Shown here piece after piece: positions 1-7,900 of a stretch of DNA of 64,000 bases. The stretch's first letter is position 1; every line of letters starts with the position of its first letter. The DNA lies in the NCBI GenBank assembly GCA_019058315.1, contig JAHPZH010000002.1:1325910-1389909 (forward strand). Direction: 5' to 3'. This DNA is from Candidatus Helarchaeota archaeon (GTDB lineage Archaea; Asgardarchaeota; Lokiarchaeia; Helarchaeales; RDOG01). The notes under the pieces are model-generated. The model had not been told where the DNA came from and made no database searches. It was given only the letters and a program-made list of their open reading frames with translations. The position numbers were made by a program, and so were the translations under genes.

Positions 1-1
1 G

Positions 2-1195
2 AGCAAGATTTTGAAGATATTTTAAGATGTTTTTAACTTCTTTAGGAATATGACCTGATTTAATCGTAATCTTTTTTAATGCCGCTCTTAATTGAGAAAA
101 AAGCGAGATTACACTTTCATTATCAAATTCTATTCGTTTGAGGGGCTCCACAGAGTGTTGAATTACTTCATTTAACTTCTTTTGAGTTTTAATAATGTTT
201 TGTTTAAAATTTTCTCTAAAATTTTCTGTTATTTCAGTATTTTGCGCATTTACTTTATTTGATATTTCTTGAAAAGATTTCAATAAAGGATCAAAATAGT
301 CATAAAAAATGTCACTTAATAAATTAAGATCTTCTTGAAAAATAACACCAAAGTTTAATTCTTCAAAAAAAACATCAATCTCTTTAATTGCTTTAAAAGC
401 TTCTGAGGTAAAACGTTTTAAATTTTCTAGAGTCTCTGAAAATACTTCAATTGAATTTAAAATTACTTTAATTTCTTCACGATTATTAAGAGCAACCAGT
501 TCATTTATTTTATCTATAATTTCGGAATATTCTACTTTTTTTGAGTTGAGTTTATTATAAATTGTTTCCAATTGTTCTTTATTTTCGATAATTTTTTCTT
601 TGTCAGATTCGAATGACTCTAGAAAACTTTCTAATTCTTTTTTAATGGTTTTAAATTCGGTTTTTTTTCCTCTTCTATTGTCATTAATATAATATAGAGG
701 ACCAATTAGAAGAAGGTAAATATCATCTGATTTTTTAATGATTTCAGGAGGTACTTTTTCAAAAATCTCCCCTAATTTACCAAGTGAGTTATAAATTTTT
801 GATATGCGATTTTGACTTATATCTTTAAATTTATCAAATGGCCCAACAATTTCTGGCGTTTTTTCGATTATTTTATTTAGGAAATCTTGAAATTTATCAA
901 TATTTTGTTTTAGATGTAAGGAGAAATCTTTAATTTCACCAGAAACCTCCTCAATATCTTTTGACAGTTCGAATGAAGAGTTAATAAATGGTACAAAATT
1001 TGTTAAAATTTCCTTTTTTAATATCAATAAATCCTCTTTAAAAATTGCCCCCAAACTTAATTCTTTGATTTTTTCTTCAGCTCGTTCAATAATATAATAA
1101 ATTTTATTCACTATCTTCTCGGAATTAATCAGATTATCTTTAACTGGTTTGAGCGAGCTTAATTCAAATTCATATTTAGTAAACTCTAATTTCAA
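2..1195 (-). CDS. Long alpha-helical/coiled-coil hypothetical protein, truncated by the window edge
   Basis: Absent from the ORF track. Read manually as an open frame from TTG at 1195 (LKLEFTKYEFELSSLKPVKDNL...) to the edge (...KEVKNILKYLQNLA). Rich in K/E/I/L/F. Start codon uncertain. Confidence 0.75.
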   Translation of the reverse strand, partial: MKLEFTKYEFELSSLKPVKDNLINSEKIVNKIYYIIERAEEKIKELSLGAIFKEDLLILKKEILTNFVPFINSSFELSKDIEEVSGEIKDFSLHLKQNIDKFQDFLNKIIEKTPEIVGPFDKFKDISQNRISKIYNSLGKLGEIFEKVPPEIIKKSDDIYLLLIGPLYYINDNRRGKKTEFKTIKKELESFLESFESDKEKIIENKEQLETIYNKLNSKKVEYSEIIDKINELVALNNREEIKVILNSIEVFSETLENLKRFTSEAFKAIKEIDVFFEELNFGVIFQEDLNLLSDIFYDYFDPLLKSFQEISNKVNAQNTEITENFRENFKQNIIKTQKKLNEVIQHSVEPLKRIEFDNESVISLFSQLRAALKKITIKSGHIPKEVKNILKYLQNLA

Positions 1196-1257
1196 ATAAT
1201 GCCCATTCCATTATAGGAATTTTATTGCAAAAATAAAAAAAAAAAATAAAAAATAGT

Positions 1258-3420
1258 TTACTTAAAGGCTCTTGCTTCTATATGCTTTAAACTATAGTCT
1301 CCACCTTCACCATGGATATCATAAGTGATCTCTACTTCCTGACCTGGTTGTATTTCCTCAATTGTCCAAGTTAATAAGTTACCATCATCTTTACCTGTTG
1401 ATTCATATTCCATGCTTGACTCTAAGATATTGAAATTTATTGGAACAAAATCTGAAATTTTGATATTTGTTTTAACTGAATCGCCTTTATTCTTGTAAAG
1501 TAAAAGAATGCTGTAATCGTCTTTTTCGGCACCAGGACGAACGGATTTACCAATTCTGGTTCTTCTTCTCTCATGAACTACAGTTATTGGTTCAGGTTCT
1601 ATATATGCCTCAAGCACACCACCTGGTGGTTTTGTATAACCTTGGAATAGCACTGGGGCATCATATCTAGCGTCCTTTGCAGGTCTTACGGCATTTAATG
1701 GATATTTTACATTAATAGTAGAATTATCTATCATTGCTCCAGTATTTTCAAGTACATCTACAACCTCTATTATCATTTTCCTTTCTCTTGAAATATCATC
1801 TGGTCCGAGATCTGGTTCGAAGGAAACAGAAAAATCTTCTACTGGGACTGGTTTCTTCTGTCCTTTAATGTCAAAAGAAATTTCTAATTCACTTTTTTCT
1901 GGATTTCTAAAATCAGTTGGGATGGTATCTTCCAATTTGATAATATCAATTGGAGCATCACCTTTAATAGTTGCTATTATTGTGGCATCAAGGGCTTCAG
2001 GACGATAGCTTCTTAGAACATTCTTGCTGAAATCTTTGATTCCTTCAACAGCTAATATTTGTAATTCTAATGATTGCATAGTTGAGCTCATGGAAAGTCT
2101 TTCTTCAGTTCTTGGTATAACCGTGTATTCAACTAATTCACTGAATGTGGGTTCATCTTCAGACTCAAGATCCCAAGGTTCTGAAACCCATTCAGCTTTT
2201 GGATTTACAACTGCATTAGGTTCTACAGCTACAACTTCGAATTCTGTGTTTTCATCACCAGAAATAAACTGGAATTTTTGAAGTGTCATTGGGAATTCAG
2301 ATCTATTTTCAAAGATGAATTGACAATCCCACATATCAGGTTGATCATCTCTTTCATCTCTGTCAACAAAAAAGATTTCTTCGCTAAGTCCATCAACAAA
2401 TTCAGGTTTTAAACCACTATAAGTTCCAGCTTCTAAAGTGTATTTAACTTTTAGCTCTCCACTAGTTAAAGTTTTAATTTCTTTAGGTTCAACTTTGGCC
2501 TTCAGTTTCAATTCGGCAGTTTCACCAGCTTCAAGTTCTTCAACTTTCCAAACTATGGCTTCCACACCTTCTATGTCTTCCTTTGAAGCTTTACCTTTGC
2601 TTGTATCAGAAGCTTTAAAATCCCTAAAGTCTTCTGGAATTATCTTTGCCAACTCTACTAAGGTAACTGTGGAGTCACTTGTGTTTTCCATGGTTATTAC
2701 AAAATTTACCTCTTGCGCTTTTCCCTCTTCACTTAAAACAAATGTACTACTTTCATCTTCAGTTTCGGGAAAAGTATCTACTTTTTCTGAAATTACAACT
2801 GGTGGTTTATCTTCAGCGCTTACTGAAATTTTGTAATCTTTAGTCCACTCTTCTTTTGGCTCAAGATCTGGGATGTGGAATTTTTTCTCTTTTAGATCTG
2901 TACTTTCTCCACCACCCAACTCTATGTCTATATCCCAAATCCTACTTTTATCAGCGTCATTTATAACTGCAATTTGACCAATAACAGTTGAATCAATAAT
3001 TTCTCCATCATGTTTTTGTTTAAAATCTACAGTTTCTTCGACCTTTACTATATATTTGCTCTCAATTGCTTCTTGCTCTTTAGTTGTTGGAGTAGCCATC
3101 TCAGAGGGTACCCCTACTGTTGCTGCAGCAGATACTGGTGCTCCAACTTCAATTCCTTCGCGAACTGCAATTCTATTGAAAAACTCGACTAATTCGTCTT
3201 TATTTAGGAAACTTATCTTTTCCTCTCTGATTCTCTTTTTTGCAAATGTATCCTTAAGCGTATCTTGATTCTCATTATTTAAATCTTTAATTAGATCTTT
3301 ATATTTCTTCTCAAGATCTTTATAATTAATTAATGAATTTACAACGAGTGTGTCTCCACTTAACTCAACATCTGCAAAATCGAAATTCCATCTTTTATCG
3401 GGAATTTTCTTCCACCTCAT
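1258..3420 (-). CDS. Acidic soluble multi-beta-sandwich protein (mu-homology-domain-like / DUF11 Ig-like modules)
   Basis: 720-aa ORF with repeated [I/L]x[D/K]xxP...WxIxxLxPGx(3)xxY-type modules. No signal peptide or TM segment. Confidence 0.6.
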   Translation of the reverse strand: MRWKKIPDKRWNFDFADVELSGDTLVVNSLINYKDLEKKYKDLIKDLNNENQDTLKDTFAKKRIREEKISFLNKDELVEFFNRIAVREGIEVGAPVSAAATVGVPSEMATPTTKEQEAIESKYIVKVEETVDFKQKHDGEIIDSTVIGQIAVINDADKSRIWDIDIELGGGESTDLKEKKFHIPDLEPKEEWTKDYKISVSAEDKPPVVISEKVDTFPETEDESSTFVLSEEGKAQEVNFVITMENTSDSTVTLVELAKIIPEDFRDFKASDTSKGKASKEDIEGVEAIVWKVEELEAGETAELKLKAKVEPKEIKTLTSGELKVKYTLEAGTYSGLKPEFVDGLSEEIFFVDRDERDDQPDMWDCQFIFENRSEFPMTLQKFQFISGDENTEFEVVAVEPNAVVNPKAEWVSEPWDLESEDEPTFSELVEYTVIPRTEERLSMSSTMQSLELQILAVEGIKDFSKNVLRSYRPEALDATIIATIKGDAPIDIIKLEDTIPTDFRNPEKSELEISFDIKGQKKPVPVEDFSVSFEPDLGPDDISRERKMIIEVVDVLENTGAMIDNSTINVKYPLNAVRPAKDARYDAPVLFQGYTKPPGGVLEAYIEPEPITVVHERRRTRIGKSVRPGAEKDDYSILLLYKNKGDSVKTNIKISDFVPINFNILESSMEYESTGKDDGNLLTWTIEEIQPGQEVEITYDIHGEGGDYSLKHIEARAFK

Positions 3421-3818
3421 TTATTTAAATTTATTTTATTATCCAAATTTTTCTTTTTTTTATTTTTTCGGATTATTATGAATCTTAATTTCTTTTAATT
3501 TAGGTTTTATGTCGATTTGGATATTCTAATATTATAATATTCCGATATATAAATTATACTATAATTTATAAATTCATGTTAAAAAAGAAAATGAATTATA
3601 TTATTAAAATACATAAAAAATTTTTTTATTTTCTCTTATTTAACAAGTAAATGGAAAGTTAGTAATAATTTCCGAGATTTCTCTATTCAATTCTAATTTA
3701 AATTAACTATATAAAAAGAACTTTCTTATTCTTTTTATAATAATAAATAAATATAAAAAAATGTAATTAACTTTTTTATAAGACTAATTTAAATAATAAA
3801 AAATAATTAAGAAAAAAA

Positions 3819-4625
3819 ATGGCTATTAAAAAGGAAGATACCCAATCTTATTCTGAGATAATTAACCAGATTTCACAATTAAAATCATTAATTCACGAAG
3901 TTCAAGAATTAAACTTGAAAAATTTAAATGAACAATTCAATCTATTTGAAAATCAATCCCTGAAAAAGAAAATATTTGGAGAATATCAAACTTATTATCA
4001 GAATCTAAGAGAAGATCTTTCCAATCAAATTAAAAAGGAATTAGAAACATTAGAATCAGGTCTTGAACCATTTAAAAATTATGAAAATTTTATTTCATCA
4101 ATAAAAGAAATAAAAAGCCATATATTAAAAGATTTAAATGCTGAATTTAACCGTTTTAAGCAGATGTTTGAAAATATTGAGGCAAAAATCTCCCATATAT
4201 TTAATGAACAATTAAAAACTAGCGCCCTTAAAACATTTGTTGAAACCATCGTTTCTAATATTATATCAGAAGAATTTAATCAAGTTAGGCAATTTGAAAG
4301 AAGATTTGCAATAAAAATCGATGATACTATAAATAAAAGATTGGAAAAATTATCTGATATTTCTAATATTCCAGATATAACTAACTTATCTGTAAAGGAT
4401 ACTGCTCAAAATATTTCTAAAGGTCTAATAAATGCTTTAAATAAATCAGAATCTAAATTTTCAGAAGTTCAGAATGTAATAATGAATTCTTATGAGGTAT
4501 TAAAGGAAACTTTTATAGAAGATACTTATAAAACTGAACAAAATAAACTTTATGATAAAATTTTTAAGCACCTAGATTCTTTAGAGAAAAATTTGAATGA
4601 ATTTTTAAGAAATGTTGAAAAATAA
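3819..4625 (+). CDS. Coiled-coil/helical-bundle hypothetical protein
   Basis: 268-aa ORF with heptad-like I/L/F pattern and very few Gly/Pro. Confidence 0.7.
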   Translation: MAIKKEDTQSYSEIINQISQLKSLIHEVQELNLKNLNEQFNLFENQSLKKKIFGEYQTYYQNLREDLSNQIKKELETLESGLEPFKNYENFISSIKEIKSHILKDLNAEFNRFKQMFENIEAKISHIFNEQLKTSALKTFVETIVSNIISEEFNQVRQFERRFAIKIDDTINKRLEKLSDISNIPDITNLSVKDTAQNISKGLINALNKSESKFSEVQNVIMNSYEVLKETFIEDTYKTEQNKLYDKIFKHLDSLEKNLNEFLRNVEK

Positions 4626-4920
4626 TCTCATCTTACCTCAAATAGATAAAATTATAACACTGTTTAGTTTTTATTGATAATTAATATAAAAAGAAAATTA
4701 CTGAAATAAATTTAAACTACCACCTAAAAAATAATTATAATAAAATAAACAATATGAAATTTAAAATAAAGTTTATAACCATTTAATGCAAGTAGAAAAT
4801 AATTTGCTTAGACTTTTCCATCAAAATTAAGCAAAATTTTCTTCTAAATTCATAAAATGATTGTAAGTAAAAAAATAAACTTAAAACTTGCTAAAAAATA
4901 AGCAAGGAAAAGGTATTTGC

Positions 4921-7900
4921 ATGAAAACTAATAAAAAAATCCTATTTTCTATTTTAATGGCATTTAATACCTTTTGTTCCCTAATTTCATTTTTCAATAT
5001 GAATTCATTATTTTTACTAAACAATCTTAGTGGGATTAATGGAATTAATTCAAATTCTGAAATTTTTAACCTTCACAGTGACAATTATCAAATAACAGAA
5101 CAATGGCTAAAAAATCCTACATTCGATTCTCCAATAAGCCCAAATTGGACACCCACGACATCTGGTGAATTAACTGACTTTGAGCTTTTAGGAGGTTCAG
5201 GACTTGCTAATTATACAGTAATCGGAGAGCAAGGAACTGAAATATTTGAGCGTAATTTTTCGGAAAGTGGTTGGATTAAGATGCATAACCCGGATTTTCC
5301 CTCTTATCCGAGTGAAGTAAAAGCAACTTCCTTTGAGGGAATCGATTCAGATGGGATTTTAGCCAATCATTCGTGGGATGAAACAGTAGGAGATCAAGTA
5401 GGACAAGATCCAAGTGTCCTCTGGAAACGTAATGAATCTTTTACAAAAGATATGAGTGATTATGAAATCAGTTCTGCATCTATAACAGCAGTTTTCAATG
5501 TAAGTGCTGATTCTAATATTGATAGGGAAAACGATCCGGAAGGAAATTCTGGTTATACTTGGGATCATGTTCTATTTTTTATTAAATTATCAGATATTAA
5601 CGCAAGTCGCAATTATCTTGTAGCTTATTATCAGTTTGAAAACGATACAACTCTTAACGATACTTATATGAAAACATTTCATGAGGAAAATCTAATTTTT
5701 TATTTGTCCTCTATATTTGAACAAGGGACCGATTTTACAATAACAGTAGGTATCAATTTCTTCTGCGAAGACAACATGGATCCACAAGACACCGATACTT
5801 GGTATTATGCGAGAATAAAATCACTTAATTTAACATTTTCTTACAAAAAAATAATAAATCAAGACACACGTGGATATTGGATCCAAACAAGTGATAAATT
5901 AAATGTAACTGGTAAAAATTTTGAAATTGATGAAGCTAAATTGTATTTTCAATACCGGGTTGATCCATCATGGCCTATCGAATCTCCGAATTCAGAATTT
6001 ATAATAAAAGTAAATAATAATACTTATTCTGAAACCATCAAACTTTCAAATTTACCTAATACATTAGAAGAAGCAAGAATTAATGGTTTTGATGTAAAAC
6101 ATCTTTTGGTAAAATATGATAATGTATCCGTATCATTGGAAGTAAGTCTTGCTGATACTTTTAATTTATCAACTAATAAGACTATATCTATCGATAATGT
6201 TAGATTAAATATAACCTTAACAGTTTTAGAAGAGAAAAGCAAGCGTAAACCACCATCTTTGATCCTACCGACAAGCGGCGAGGATTGGACATGGTTAATT
6301 ATTTTACTTAGCATTTTATTAACTGCTATAATGCTCGCTCAGGGTATTTATACATTTCGTGTTAAACGTCCTCCTATGATTCGTAAAATTAGAAAACTTA
6401 AAAAGAGAATCAAGAAAAACAATTTAAAAAATCCAGTTCAAGTACAAAAGAGATCAACAATCATTCAGAGAGTTTTAAGTTATAAATTAAAATCATCCCA
6501 CTTTGCATATGCCTCTAAACCATTAAAGCCGAAAGTTGAAAAGAAATTAAAACAAAAAAGACCTAAAAAAGAAGGTAATCTTAAATTATTATTATTCTTT
6601 GCATTATTTGCATTTCTATTATTTATAATCTCCTCGTCAGCGATTACCAATGGATCATTAGATCCCAATATATTGCCTGCTATCCGAAATTTTATTTTAC
6701 CTAAAAATTCCAATTTTGATCTTCAAAGTAAAGACACTCATGAAACTAAACAATGGATAAAGAATCCATTATTCAATTCACCAATAAATCAATATTGGTC
6801 AACTTCTAAAGGAGGAGATTTAACCGATATGGAGTTAACTGAAGATACTGGCTATGTCAATTATGTTGTTATGGGGGATAATAGGACTGAAAATTATATT
6901 AACAATCCTCCAGAAATTAATAATTGGACTATGGTGCATGATCCTGATCATCCAACTTTTCCAAATGAAACATTATCTGGAACCGAAAATGCTTGGAGTG
7001 GAATTGTAGGAGATGGGGCATTTTCAAATCATAGTTGGAGAGAAGGAGGGCCAAATCAATTAGGACAAGATCCGAGTGTTTTGTGGAAACGAAATATTAC
7101 ATTACCAGTTAATTTTACTGATTATGAAATAACTTCAGCTTCACTTTCTACTAACATAAACGCTAGTCCACTTTCAAATGTTGAGAATGCCGGTGATGGA
7201 TCATATCAGGGAAGAGGAGATTACGTACGCTTTTTCATCAGAGTATCTGATTTAAGTGGAAATATTACATATGAAATTGCCAATTATCTCCATGAAGGTG
7301 ATAGTGACCTTTCTGATACGCCAATGAATAATGTGACTGACACTGATCTTATGTTTTTTTTAAGTTCAGTATTACAAGAGGATGGTTATAATTTTACATT
7401 AACTATGGGTATCAATTTTTGGTGTGAAGATAATGAAGGGACTGATAATGATGAGTGGGAATATACATACATAAAAGAATTCAACCTACATTTTACATAT
7501 CATAAAAAAATAAATCAATTTACATATGCTCGTTGGGATCAAGTAGGAGATAGATTAAATGGTCGAGATTTCAGAATAAATGAAGCAAAATTATATTTTC
7601 AATATAAAACTGATACAAATTGGACCCATTATTCCAATAATTCAGAATTCAGAATCGTCATTAATAGTAGTACACATTCGGAAACAATAAAATTAACATT
7701 GGCAAATTCAACATTTCAAGATGCGAAATTTATTGGTTTTGATGTTACGAATCTAATGATAAAAAATGATAATATAAGAGTCTCATTGGAAGTTTATATA
7801 GCAGACAATTTTCCTTTAGAAGAAAACTTAACTATATCTATCGATAATGTCTCCTTATATATTAGTCGAACCATTATAATACCTCCTGATCTAAGTTCAT

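Noticed and set aside
2024-3268. Plus-strand ORFs antisense to the 720-aa gene, and the many similar 60-140-aa antisense ORFs throughout the track
   Set aside because: They lie wholly within well-supported genes on the opposite strand, have Ser/Phe/Leu-biased shadow composition and show no motifs.
3421-4887. Long AT-rich intergenic stretches (3421-3818, 4626-4887) considered as a replication origin or RNA genes
   Set aside because: No ORB-like repeats, no cdc6/orc1 neighbour and no stable GC stems visible; consistent with ordinary promoter regions.
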